DNA from: a virus
Strand: one strand, 5' to 3'
Virus record (IMG/VR): IMGVR_UViG_3300006051_000001
Span: 22,982-86,981 of that record
DNA length: 64,000 bases
Shown: positions 39,045-48,077 of the stretch, piece by piece
How positions within the stretch are numbered: position 1 is the stretch's first letter
Layout of the letters: every line of letters starts with the position of its first letter
Translations under genes and position numbers: made by a program
The notes under the pieces: generated by a model
The model's input: only the letters and a program-made list of their open reading frames with translations
Database searches by the model: none
Told to the model about the DNA's origin: nothing

Positions 39045-39800
39045 ATGAACACTACTCTGTCCCCAGACAGACCTGTAGTTGAGAGGAATACAATACTCAA
39101 CTTAATTGTCAGAACCGACAACGGCAAACAAGAGTACGGACTCTTCCTCGTCCTCGAAAGCTTTGATTATAACGACGCAATGGCAGAAGTTCGTATCGAC
39201 GGCGCTGTGAAGTCCGAAGATGTATTCTCCAAGCTCACACGGCAGCTTGTGGAACGCAAAACGATCATGCCTGTTGAATCGTACACTTTGGATTTAGGAG
39301 AGCGTGGGCGAGCTTGTGGAGCCTTGAAGGATAGCTACCATCATCAGCTCAACGACTGGTCTAGCATGGCCAAGGTGTTGATGACTGAAGTTGAGAAACA
39401 TCACTTCGACTTCATGGGTCCTGAAGGACTCCTCCATCTACTCAAGGTCAATAACGGCCCGACGCTTGGACAGGTCTTCATCGAAATCAAAACGGGGAAC
39501 TACGAATACACAACGCTGGACATCATCGGACCTGAAGGGGCTGACTACCCTGAAGACTTCAAAGGCATGATTCAGCGGGAGATCACACGTTTCCTCAGAG
39601 ACAAGTACAGCGACGTTCCATTCGAGCTCATGGTTAGTATCCGCCAGTCGGATCTGTCCAAAGCTATCGAGGTGTTACATGTCGTCAAGTCAAGCTCTAA
39701 TCACAGACATTTTCAAATCGGAGTTACTAAACGATTTAGACGGCCCGATGCTGGTGTCGTTGGCAATACAAGCGTGGCTCACCAATCACTTACTGGATGA
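39045..39800 (+). CDS. Hypothetical protein
   Basis: 251 aa; AAGGA SD. Confidence 0.7.
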   Translation: MNTTLSPDRPVVERNTILNLIVRTDNGKQEYGLFLVLESFDYNDAMAEVRIDGAVKSEDVFSKLTRQLVERKTIMPVESYTLDLGERGRACGALKDSYHHQLNDWSSMAKVLMTEVEKHHFDFMGPEGLLHLLKVNNGPTLGQVFIEIKTGNYEYTTLDIIGPEGADYPEDFKGMIQREITRFLRDKYSDVPFELMVSIRQSDLSKAIEVLHVVKSSSNHRHFQIGVTKRFRRPDAGVVGNTSVAHQSLTG

Positions 39801-39922
39801 CTTGCTTTACTCGTTTCAACTGAACAACATCACCTTCATTCAAACAGACCAATTCCTTCACTTATACGTTCGAGGACAAAGATTGAAAGTCCCACTCATC
39901 AACTTCATTACAGGAGAACGCT

Positions 39923-40399
39923 ATGGCCAAGCGGAGAACACCGGACGAGATCAGTAAAGCCAAGGATGACATCATCACTACGCTTTCCATCGCGGCTCTC
40001 TCAGGGGCTGATAACGCCAAGATCCAACAGATCGCTTACTCGCTAATCGACAGAGCGCCAGGCGCTATGAAGAAAAGCTTCCTCCTTCCGTTGGCTCAGA
40101 GTGAAGAAGCTCTGGACATCGTGTTGGAAGAGATGTGCTTCCCTCAGACAGAGAAGTGGATCGGCACTGCCCGCATTAACGATTACGAATATGACATCAC
40201 CTTGAAGTGGACTGACACTTTGACGTATGTCCAATCCGAAGTCGTCGAACTCATCGCATCACAATTCCTTCAACGTGGTTTCACATCGGGTCGCCTTTAC
40301 CTTCGCTTCACCCATCCTCAATACCGCTTCGAAGATAGCACCAGCGTCGACATGCAAACCTTCTGTGACCAAACACAGATGGGCTTGAAAGTTGCCTGA
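39923..40399 (+). CDS. Hypothetical protein
   Basis: 158 aa; AGGAG SD. Confidence 0.7.
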   Translation: MAKRRTPDEISKAKDDIITTLSIAALSGADNAKIQQIAYSLIDRAPGAMKKSFLLPLAQSEEALDIVLEEMCFPQTEKWIGTARINDYEYDITLKWTDTLTYVQSEVVELIASQFLQRGFTSGRLYLRFTHPQYRFEDSTSVDMQTFCDQTQMGLKVA

Positions 40400-40404
40400 C
40401 ACGA

Positions 40405-40450
40405 CATAAAGCCCGGCATTGCGCCGGGCTTTATGCTCACTCTTTTTTTT
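40405..40450. terminator. Bidirectional terminator, near-copy of 11744-11789
   Basis: CATAAAGCCCGGC-ATTGC-GCCGGGCTTTATG-CTCACTC followed by a T-tract. Confidence 0.9.
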
Positions 40451-40452
40451 GC

Positions 40453-41643
40453 TTACTCTGGGTCTTTGTCGCTGTACTGACGAAGACTTGCGTTGGCGTG
40501 CAGATACGCCGACTGAGCAATGCCACCCAGAACCGGGAGGATGGTGCGAGGACCAGTACCGATACGCCCCATGATCTTCGATACGATTGCCGGACCTTGC
40601 TTAACCCGGTTCTTGTCGATGCCGCCGCTCATGGACTTCAGGTCGCTGATAGCGATACGCAGATCACGCTTGATGTCGCCCATCAGCTTACCAACGTTAC
40701 CGAGACCACGGCAGATGTCACGGATCTCGCCGAAACCGCAGACGAAGGTGCCTTCATTGATCTTGGTGGACGAGCGGGTAACTTTGATAGCGGCGTTCAG
40801 CACGTTGATATCGTTGTCACCAGCGGATACGGCCACGTCATTCAGACCTGGGTACTCGTAGAACTCGTTGGTGCCGTTCGGAGTGCCTTGCGGCAGATCG
40901 GCTTCAGCGACTTCCTGACCACCCTTCAACTTGTCAGTGACAGTCTTGGAGAGCTTGGAGTACATCTTGATCCAGTCTTCAGTCAGGGTCTTACTGAAGT
41001 TGCAGGCGGTGTCCAAAGACTGAGCTGGTGTCAGGGTCTTCGAACTGGTCTGCAAGTAAGCAGCCCACTTAGGCGCGCCGTCGAACTTGTCTTTCTTCAG
41101 AGTGCCAGCGGCCTGGTTCTGACGAGAGATCAAGTTGTCGCGCATCTTGTAGACAGCGCTTTCGGTCTTGCCGTAGTTGTTCATCAGACCGGTCAGCATC
41201 TCGGCCAGCTTAGCGCAAGCGGCTTTGAAAGCTTCCCACATGCGAGCGATCAGGCCTTTCGATTTGCCTTCAGTTTCCTGACGGTTCTCGAAGCTGGTCT
41301 GATGTACGCCGATGGATTCGAACGACGCAGAGAACACCGCATCAGGAACTGGCAGGTCAGCGGCACGCAGGATGTTACCCACACCCAGTTGGTATTGACG
41401 TGCAGTCTTCGAGTTCCAGTTATCAGCCGGTACGCGTTCCATGAAGCTCGAAACGAACGACTCCAGGGATACGGTTACTTCAGCGATGCTTTCAACGTTG
41501 CGGCTACCTTCAGCGATTTCAACGTCGCTAGCAACAGCGTCGGATACGCAATCAGCCATCTCGTTGATGACCACGTCAGTTGGGTTCTCTTCCAACATCA
41601 TGGCGTCAGCGGCTTGCTGTAGTGGATCATCGTGTACAATCAT
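40453..41643 (-). CDS. Internal head protein paralog 4 of tandem array
   Basis: GAGGT SD; ASFES/TSFE then GLIARMWEAF. Confidence 0.72.
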   Translation of the reverse strand: MIVHDDPLQQAADAMMLEENPTDVVINEMADCVSDAVASDVEIAEGSRNVESIAEVTVSLESFVSSFMERVPADNWNSKTARQYQLGVGNILRAADLPVPDAVFSASFESIGVHQTSFENRQETEGKSKGLIARMWEAFKAACAKLAEMLTGLMNNYGKTESAVYKMRDNLISRQNQAAGTLKKDKFDGAPKWAAYLQTSSKTLTPAQSLDTACNFSKTLTEDWIKMYSKLSKTVTDKLKGGQEVAEADLPQGTPNGTNEFYEYPGLNDVAVSAGDNDINVLNAAIKVTRSSTKINEGTFVCGFGEIRDICRGLGNVGKLMGDIKRDLRIAISDLKSMSGGIDKNRVKQGPAIVSKIMGRIGTGPRTILPVLGGIAQSAYLHANASLRQYSDKDPE

Positions 41644-41653
41644 GGAAAAGACC

Positions 41654-42883
41654 TCAGTTGTAAGCGTTGGCACATTCGTCAATGTAACGAATGCTTGCCT
41701 TGATGGTTTTGAGGAAGTACGGGGTGGAGTTAATCCAGCCCTGTGCTGCCAAGCTACATGCTTTGTTCAGGGTGCCGAGTGCAGTCCGGAGTACTGCCAC
41801 ATCAGTCTTCTCGTTGTGCTCTGTAACGCTCTTCGAGAGTTTGCCGACCTTATCGGTAATGGCTGTGAAAGCACTCATCTCACGCTTGAGCTGATGGAGG
41901 ACATTGAGCCCATCATTGCAAACGGAGACACCTGTCTTCAGTTCAGCTACAGAAAGCAGATCAGCTTTCGTGTTGTTGACCATGGCAGCTTGATGGATCT
42001 TGATCTTAGTCCCCATGATCGGGTTATCGCCAGCACCCGGAGTAAGCTCCAGATAGTGGTTCGGCGTAACGTCGAGCTTGATCGCCTTAACGGAGACAGA
42101 CTTCTTCGCAAACTCGGTAATACTCTTACCGATCTGATCAGCCTTTACTCCAGCGATATTGGTTGGCAGCGGGAACTCAACCAAACTCTTCCAGCCATTA
42201 CGCCATTCAACCGCGAAGTCTTCGAAGACAGCAACCGTCTGAACAACGTGACGGCTAGGCGGTTCGATACGAGAGTGTTTGTCCGTAAGATAGGCAGCAG
42301 CCTTACCCACGTTAACATCCTCGACCGTAGCCTTAGCGTCAGCCTTGATTGAGGAGACCTTCTCCTTAACCTTCTCGAGATAGTTCTCGACAGACTTGCC
42401 GCTGTCAGTCAGGTTCTCCCAGAAGGACACAAACGCATCAGCCACAGCTTTCATCGCCGTGTGCAGCCACGTCAGAATACGACGGAGGATACCTTCCTTC
42501 TTCTCAGCCACTTCAGTGCTGTAGTTGCGGTTACCTGCTTCGAACGAAGGTACGATCATTGTCACGGGGATGTAGATATCTGCGTTAACGAGAATGGCTT
42601 CAACCGACAGACGTAGAAGATCTGCGTCGCCTTCATCGAGTCCATCCGCGCCGCATGCAGCGATACTCTTGTCCACCAATTCAGTCAGGTTATCAGCCAC
42701 ACCAGCAGCAGTGGAGATCTCATCGGAATGACCCTCCACTACAGCCGCAATATGAGACAGCTTCTCGATATTGCCGTCCGCATCACCCGAAGCCGCGATA
42801 ATGGAATCCTCGAGGCTCAGGTGAATGATCGGACGTGGGGTCGACGCCGACTGTGCGAGTCTTTGAAGAATGCTAGCAGTCAT
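41654..42883 (-). CDS. Internal head protein paralog 3 of tandem array
   Basis: LSVEAIL...IPV..IVPSFE...YSTEVAEKKEGILRRILTW. Confidence 0.75.
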   Translation of the reverse strand: MTASILQRLAQSASTPRPIIHLSLEDSIIAASGDADGNIEKLSHIAAVVEGHSDEISTAAGVADNLTELVDKSIAACGADGLDEGDADLLRLSVEAILVNADIYIPVTMIVPSFEAGNRNYSTEVAEKKEGILRRILTWLHTAMKAVADAFVSFWENLTDSGKSVENYLEKVKEKVSSIKADAKATVEDVNVGKAAAYLTDKHSRIEPPSRHVVQTVAVFEDFAVEWRNGWKSLVEFPLPTNIAGVKADQIGKSITEFAKKSVSVKAIKLDVTPNHYLELTPGAGDNPIMGTKIKIHQAAMVNNTKADLLSVAELKTGVSVCNDGLNVLHQLKREMSAFTAITDKVGKLSKSVTEHNEKTDVAVLRTALGTLNKACSLAAQGWINSTPYFLKTIKASIRYIDECANAYN

Positions 42884-42896
42884 TGTCGGTCACCGG

Positions 42897-44327
42897 TTAC
42901 TTGGCGTGGTCGTAGGTATTGCCCTGGTTGTTGCCAGCAGCATTCGCACGATAGCGCTCAGGACGAACCACTTCAGGTTCATCATTCTTGGTATCGCTAC
43001 CACCAGCGCCACCTTTGATCTTGCTGGCCGACAGGTCGCAATAGCGCATGTTGGCTTTGAGCATCATCAGGAAGTCAGGGACGGCTTTGGTCCAGCCCTG
43101 AGACATGCAGCGGCAACCGCCGAGGATACCGTTGACCCACTGGCGCAGCTCAGGATCGATCTTCGCACCGGCCATGGATTCAGCCATCTTCAGACGGCTC
43201 AACAGAGTGTTGCAGGTCTTGACGACCGCATCAGCGCTCTTGGTCCATGCCGATACATCTTTCTCGATGACCTTCATGATGTCGAGGGCTTTCAGAGCCA
43301 GCGTGCAACCGCTCAGCATTTCAGCGTGCTTCAGCACCTTACCGGTGTGAGCAGCCTTTTCCTTGATGACAGCGCGATGCAACTCAACCTTGGCGCCGTT
43401 GAGAGGCCACTTGCTATCTTCGCCCGGAGTCAGCTTGATGCTGCTGGTTTCGGAGATCTTGATGTCCTTCAGCTTGGACATGTCGTTCTTCATCGAACGG
43501 GTCAGCTCAGCTGCCGCAAGGTTCAGGAACTCCATGATCGGGCCAACATCGTTCATGTTGCTTGGCGGCTTGATGTCGATCAGATCTTCGAACGCGCCAT
43601 GCCAGGCCGAGGTGAAGTTCTTGAACAGACCCATGTTGGTCTGAACGATCGAAGCAGGTGGCTTAACCTGACCAGAGCCGTTGGAGCAGTACGCGCCAAT
43701 GCTTGCACCGAGGTTGATGGTGCCTTCTTCGGTTTCGCCTTTGTTCTTGTTGATCTTCGCCAGTACGCCTTCGCCGTACTTGCCGATCGACTTGCTGTTG
43801 TTGAACAGGCGATGCCAGAACTTGGCAACCATGTCCATCAAGCTCTTGAACGCTTCAGCTACCCAGGCGAGGATACGGCCGATAACGCCCTTCTTCTTTT
43901 CTTCAGCTTCAGTCGAGTAGTCCGCACGGCTAGCGCAGGATTCGAAAGAAGGAACCACGACGCCGACTGGGATACCCAGACCGGAGACCTTCAGGACAGC
44001 TTCCACCGACAGGGTCATCAGTGCAGCACCTTCTTCGGTGATGCCGCTGTCGCCGTAAGTTTCGATGGTCTGATCAACGATCGACTCGATGGAGCCTGCC
44101 GCAGCTTCAGCTTTATCGATGGAGGCGTTTTGCCCACTGATGTCTTCAGCGATCGCATTGATCTCGCCGACTTCGGCCATGATGTCTTGCGACAGCTGTT
44201 CGAGGTCATCGCCTTCGACCGGTGGTGCTGGTGGTTCCTCGAAAGGAAGGTTGGCGAGGTCCGGCGCAGCTGGAAGCTCGGACGATTCAACGCCATAGTT
44301 GGCAAGTTGCTGCAAGATAGATCGCAT
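42897..44327 (-). CDS. Internal head protein paralog 2 of tandem array
   Basis: Start MRSILQQLA with AAGGA SD; VVPSFES...YSTEAEEKKKGVIGRILAW. Confidence 0.75.
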   Translation of the reverse strand: MRSILQQLANYGVESSELPAAPDLANLPFEEPPAPPVEGDDLEQLSQDIMAEVGEINAIAEDISGQNASIDKAEAAAGSIESIVDQTIETYGDSGITEEGAALMTLSVEAVLKVSGLGIPVGVVVPSFESCASRADYSTEAEEKKKGVIGRILAWVAEAFKSLMDMVAKFWHRLFNNSKSIGKYGEGVLAKINKNKGETEEGTINLGASIGAYCSNGSGQVKPPASIVQTNMGLFKNFTSAWHGAFEDLIDIKPPSNMNDVGPIMEFLNLAAAELTRSMKNDMSKLKDIKISETSSIKLTPGEDSKWPLNGAKVELHRAVIKEKAAHTGKVLKHAEMLSGCTLALKALDIMKVIEKDVSAWTKSADAVVKTCNTLLSRLKMAESMAGAKIDPELRQWVNGILGGCRCMSQGWTKAVPDFLMMLKANMRYCDLSASKIKGGAGGSDTKNDEPEVVRPERYRANAAGNNQGNTYDHAK

Positions 44328-44364
44328 GGCTATGTCCTTGGTAATGTTGAACGTGGAACGATGA

Positions 44365-45726
44365 TTAAGCGGCTTTGGAGTACGCCGATGCACTGGCGCT
44401 GACGTAGCCATCGAGTGCTGACTTAACAGCCCAGATAGTTTTGATCAACTTAGGAGGAAGCAACCCAAGATCGTAGACGATGTCAACGGCCAATTTGTAG
44501 GCGTCGCACGCTTCTTTGATCGAGGTGGTATCTTCGTTGGCCGCTTTCTTCTTGGTGTACAGCGAGTTAAGCTGGGCACTCATGTCGTAAAGCTTGGTAG
44601 CCAGACCGTCGATTTCTTCAGCAGCATCCTGAAGAGGTTTGATGAAGTCACCAACATGGTCGGTCCACGCCGGAACTGCATCGGTGTAGTCTTCCATATC
44701 CTGAGCGCTGAGAGCTGGATATTCACCACCCTCGGCTTCTTTGTGAACGACCATAGCGCTGGTCAAGTTCATGGTGTTGCCTTTCTTCTCGCCAGTCAGG
44801 ACGATGTCGATGTTCTGGCAGATGTTGAACTCGACTTCCTTGTTCTGCGAAAGGCCGACCGCATTAACCAGAGCAGTGAACACACGAGGGAGTTCGCTTT
44901 CCTTGGTAGGTTGTACGCCATTTACGATCTGACTTACCTTCCGAACGATCTCCAGAACGCGGGAAGCGGATTCCTTGCCGAAACCTTTGAGATTCTTGAG
45001 GGTCTCAGTAGGCTTCTTAGCCCGGCCGTCTTGTCCGATGATGAACTTCGGATCTTTGACAGTGACCTTAGTAGAACTGGAAGGCGCAGCAGGCTTCGGA
45101 GTTTCCTTTACCGGCTCTGGTTTCTTCTCAGGTTCTTTCTTCGATGCAGGAGAGACTGGTTTCTCAGCCGGCTTCTCAACAGGCTTCTCCGGTTCCTTTT
45201 CCTCTGTAGGTTCAGGTTCCGACTTACCGTTAACGGCGTCATCAACCTTCTTCTTCAGAGCTTCGTTCTTTGCCTGGTCGTTCTTCTTGAACAGACCGAG
45301 CTTTTGGAAGAAGGCTTTCAACATCCCCATCAGAGTAGTGAAGGTACGCTTGATCCATGCCCAGATCTTGCCGATGAACCCCTCACTCTTCTCCTCAGCT
45401 TCCGTGGAGTAGTTCTCCTCGTTACTGGATTCAAAGGACGGTGCAATCATCGTGACTGGAAGATCGAGATCCGACGCCATCAACACCGACTCCATGCAGA
45501 CACGATAAAGCGCAGCACGCTCTACGTCCATGGATGGCTTATCTTTGAGGAAAGCATCGCGAATGTTCGTCACCGAAGCGAGTGCTGTACGAGCGCGAAC
45601 AATCTGGTTTTGAAGCGCATCGATCTCACGGAACTCCGATTGGAGATCCACGCTTTCGAAGCTATAAGTAGCCTCTACTCGTTCGATGTTATTAGTAGCA
45701 AGTTGTTTCAAAATGCTCGCGGTCAT
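44365..45726 (-). CDS. Internal head protein paralog 1 of tandem array, with P/E/K linker
   Basis: MTASILKQLA; IAPSFES...YSTEAEEKSEGFIGKIWAW. Confidence 0.75.
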   Translation of the reverse strand: MTASILKQLATNNIERVEATYSFESVDLQSEFREIDALQNQIVRARTALASVTNIRDAFLKDKPSMDVERAALYRVCMESVLMASDLDLPVTMIAPSFESSNEENYSTEAEEKSEGFIGKIWAWIKRTFTTLMGMLKAFFQKLGLFKKNDQAKNEALKKKVDDAVNGKSEPEPTEEKEPEKPVEKPAEKPVSPASKKEPEKKPEPVKETPKPAAPSSSTKVTVKDPKFIIGQDGRAKKPTETLKNLKGFGKESASRVLEIVRKVSQIVNGVQPTKESELPRVFTALVNAVGLSQNKEVEFNICQNIDIVLTGEKKGNTMNLTSAMVVHKEAEGGEYPALSAQDMEDYTDAVPAWTDHVGDFIKPLQDAAEEIDGLATKLYDMSAQLNSLYTKKKAANEDTTSIKEACDAYKLAVDIVYDLGLLPPKLIKTIWAVKSALDGYVSASASAYSKAA

Positions 45727-45819
45727 TTTACACACTCGACTAGAGTATTATGCAAAGATCGAGAAGACCTCGCTCGGCGGATTATTACTTACATAAGATC
45801 TCCCTAAAGGAACGATTAA

Positions 45820-46167
45820 ATGCATATTGGATCGGTCCACGATGTTGAGTTTGAGACGACTCCACACGGCAATGTAATCCCTGTTCTGAAGATTCATTCT
45901 GGAAGAACAAAGGTCGACTGGGTGTTACCGAATATCCATGTCCTTCAAGAAATGAAGTTGTGGATGGCTGACATCGTCTGCATGACTGAGAAAGCCGGTA
46001 AGACTAGCATTGAGGTTCTTCATGAGAATCGCCCTATAGATGCTAGTCCAGTAGAGTTACCACACGTCTGCCAATCGTGTGGAGAAGAACTCCACATCTA
46101 TCTAGAACGGCGACTGATCGTCAAGTGCGTTAATCAGTCTGGTTGTAAGGCTCAGAATGTAGGATGA
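45820..46167 (+). CDS. Stand-alone OB-fold plus Cys4 zinc finger derived from NAD+-dependent DNA ligase
   Basis: VHDVEF...G.VIPV, RP.D...V.LP..CQSCG and KC...C.AQ align with the recalled LigA VRDVEF...GAITPV, RPED...FPTHCPVCG and RC...CGAQ. Confidence 0.75.
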   Translation: MHIGSVHDVEFETTPHGNVIPVLKIHSGRTKVDWVLPNIHVLQEMKLWMADIVCMTEKAGKTSIEVLHENRPIDASPVELPHVCQSCGEELHIYLERRLIVKCVNQSGCKAQNVG

Positions 46168-46171
46168 CGCT

Positions 46172-46624
46172 ATGCTACTGGATGTCAAAGGAGACATGCT
46201 CAAGCGCGCTCCGAAAGGATCGCTAATAGGCATACCCGTTAACACCGTCGGCGTTGGTGGAAAGGGTCTGGCACGCTTAATGAAGATACGTTGGCCAGAA
46301 GCGTACAAGAAGTACTGCAAAGATTGTAGACGCGGCAGGATCGCATCAGGAGAGCTCTGTGTGTATGACGTAGGTGAGTATCGTCTCGCCATGCTGCCCA
46401 CTAAGTACTACTGGGGTAATCCTTCCGATAAAGGCCTGATCACAATCACGGCTAAGAGACTCCTTGCCTACATGGAAGGGAACTTCGAGTCTGATTGCTA
46501 CATCCCTCAGATCGGGTGTGGTGAAAGGACTGGAACGCTGGACTACGAAGTTGATGTTCGTCCTATCCTCGAGGAAGTGTTTGGGGAGTCTGACGAAACC
46601 ATTCACGTATTCGATTGGAGCTGA
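46172..46624 (+). CDS. DarG-like macrodomain ADP-ribose glycohydrolase
   Basis: VNTVGVGGKGLA, CRRG...G...VYD, LPTK..W..PS (catalytic Lys retained), PQIGCG..G.L. Confidence 0.85.
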   Translation: MLLDVKGDMLKRAPKGSLIGIPVNTVGVGGKGLARLMKIRWPEAYKKYCKDCRRGRIASGELCVYDVGEYRLAMLPTKYYWGNPSDKGLITITAKRLLAYMEGNFESDCYIPQIGCGERTGTLDYEVDVRPILEEVFGESDETIHVFDWS

Positions 46625-46627
46625 CGA

Positions 46628-46882
46628 ATGTTCAAAGAACTAGATGCGAAGATACAGCAAGATCTGATCTCACTCGGTAAGGAAGTTTGGGCTGATCTCA
46701 ATACAGATAAAGCCGTTCCTAAAGAAGTGTATATAGCGAGAGTTGATGAATTCCTCAGCCGTCTACATGCGCGCACTGCTCCAGAGTTCGAAGCAGTCAT
46801 GAATCCAGACGGATCATTCACCGCCTACATCCCTAGGAGCAAACCCCTATGTCAACTGACAATAGTAGCAACACGCAAGTAA
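46628..46882 (+). CDS. Hypothetical protein
   Basis: 84 aa; GGAG SD. Confidence 0.65.
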   Translation: MFKELDAKIQQDLISLGKEVWADLNTDKAVPKEVYIARVDEFLSRLHARTAPEFEAVMNPDGSFTAYIPRSKPLCQLTIVATRK

Positions 46883-46887
46883 AGACC

Positions 46888-47244
46888 ATGGCCTTTGAGA
46901 GCGCTCAGATTGAACGTATCGAAGCATGGCTGATTGAAGAAGGTTGGACGGTTAATCGTTTCGATTACTCCCTAACCCCTTCTTGCGCTGAAGTTAACTA
47001 CCGTGCCAAGACATTCCGTTCCAACATCAGCAGCGCCTACTACTGTGCTCAGGTGTTTGAACGGGTTGAGAACAACCTCAAGACAAAAGGAGTAACGACC
47101 GTTGGAGGATACATGTACGTCTTCAGTGGCGGAGAAACGCACAGGCGGCACGATGGTGGCGATCTTTACCAACACAAAGCGCTATCTATCCACCCGGTGG
47201 AGTTACCGCGTTCGCAACCTAAGGCTATTGATGAGCTGATCTGA
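46888..47244 (+). CDS. Hypothetical protein
   Basis: 118 aa; ends before a hairpin. Confidence 0.65.
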   Translation: MAFESAQIERIEAWLIEEGWTVNRFDYSLTPSCAEVNYRAKTFRSNISSAYYCAQVFERVENNLKTKGVTTVGGYMYVFSGGETHRRHDGGDLYQHKALSIHPVELPRSQPKAIDELI

Positions 47245-47251
47245 CAGCAGA

Positions 47252-47281
47252 CATAAGGCCCGGCTCAGGCCGGGCTTTGTG
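47252..47281 (+). terminator. Hairpin of the CATA...TGTG family
   Basis: CATAAGGCCCGGC-TCAG-GCCGGGCTTTGTG. Confidence 0.8.
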
Positions 47282-47302
47282 CTGTAATCGTAATCAAAGA
47301 AT

Positions 47303-47322
47303 TTACAGTCACATATAGTCAA
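47303..47322 (+). promoter_or_regulatory. Conserved motif TTACAGTCA.A.ATAGTCA, putative promoter
   Basis: Near-identical copy at 60565-60584; each copy follows a terminator. Confidence 0.6.
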
Positions 47323-47352
47323 CACGAATCTATACCTTAAAGGAGAAACACC

Positions 47353-47448
47353 ATGGCAAACTTTGCCCGCGCTGTAGCTGTAGGTGTCACTGTCGTAGTG
47401 GTATCGCAGATCATCCTGAAACAACTTAGCAAACGCGGCTACATTTAA
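47353..47448 (+). CDS. 31-aa single-pass membrane microprotein
   Basis: AAGGAG SD; MANFARAVAVGVTVVVVSQIILKQLSKRGYI; absent from the ORF track. Confidence 0.7.
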   Translation: MANFARAVAVGVTVVVVSQIILKQLSKRGYI

Positions 47449-47479
47449 CTCACCCCTAACGACCGAGGAGGTCTGTAAC

Positions 47480-47608
47480 ATGAAACAAGTTAAACTGGTA
47501 CTCGTTGGCATGATCCTGAGCATTGGCGTATCGACTGCATACTCGACCGGTATCTTCGACGAAGCTGGGCAATACAAGGCACAGCACGCAGCATTCGCAG
47601 CGCAGTAA
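47480..47608 (+). CDS. 42-aa signal-anchor microprotein
   Basis: GAGGAGG SD; MKQVKLVLVGMILSIGVSTAYSTGIFDEAGQYKAQHAAFAAQ; absent from the ORF track. Confidence 0.7.
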   Translation: MKQVKLVLVGMILSIGVSTAYSTGIFDEAGQYKAQHAAFAAQ

Positions 47609-47695
47609 TTATTGCAATCTAAAAATATTCATGCATACATTACTAACGTAGTCATGCGCTGACTTTTGATACCCACTGTCCGTGGAGGACGCCCC

Positions 47696-48022
47696 ATGAA
47701 TTTCCAAACCGTAGCAGACATCATCATCTGCCTACTCTTCATCTACTTCGCTACAGTACGTACCCGCGTAGTCTGGAAGCATTTGAAGGATAACGGCGCA
47801 GTAACAGTCACCCGCATCTACGGCTGCTGCTGCGTCACTATCGGTTGGAATGGGAAGATAGCCCGATACGTTAAAGTGACTCTGCCGATACTCGCAGTGC
47901 TGCTTTACGGATCGTGGTCTTTCCACTTGATCGGCACTCTTAGCTTCTTAGCTATTGAGCAAGCCATCGCACTCGTTGTAGCTTTATCGCTGTACCTTGC
48001 TGCGCGCTTTGTAACTCGTTGA
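47696..48022 (+). CDS. Small multi-pass membrane protein
   Basis: GGAGG SD; three hydrophobic segments; ATACATTAC motif upstream at 47635. Confidence 0.7.
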   Translation: MNFQTVADIIICLLFIYFATVRTRVVWKHLKDNGAVTVTRIYGCCCVTIGWNGKIARYVKVTLPILAVLLYGSWSFHLIGTLSFLAIEQAIALVVALSLYLAARFVTR

Positions 48023-48077
48023 ACCCAAACCCCTATCGTAATACCCTTTGTAATTAACGTCCGTGGAGGACAAACAA

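Noticed and set aside
39679-39957. 92-aa + strand ORF bridging two genes
   Set aside because: It overlaps both neighbours out of frame and has no SD.
1094-44402. Long antisense ORFs (e.g. 1094-2722, 5401-6699, 7184-8560, 11712-13172, 30418-31815, 32316-33704, 40498-41622, 42870-44402)
   Set aside because: They lie exactly opposite well-supported genes, lack SDs and motifs, and are expected shadows of strong codon bias.
15727-45795. Individual TATG late promoters (15727, 27797, minus strand at 45792)
   Set aside because: A 4-mer is too common to call without TSS data.
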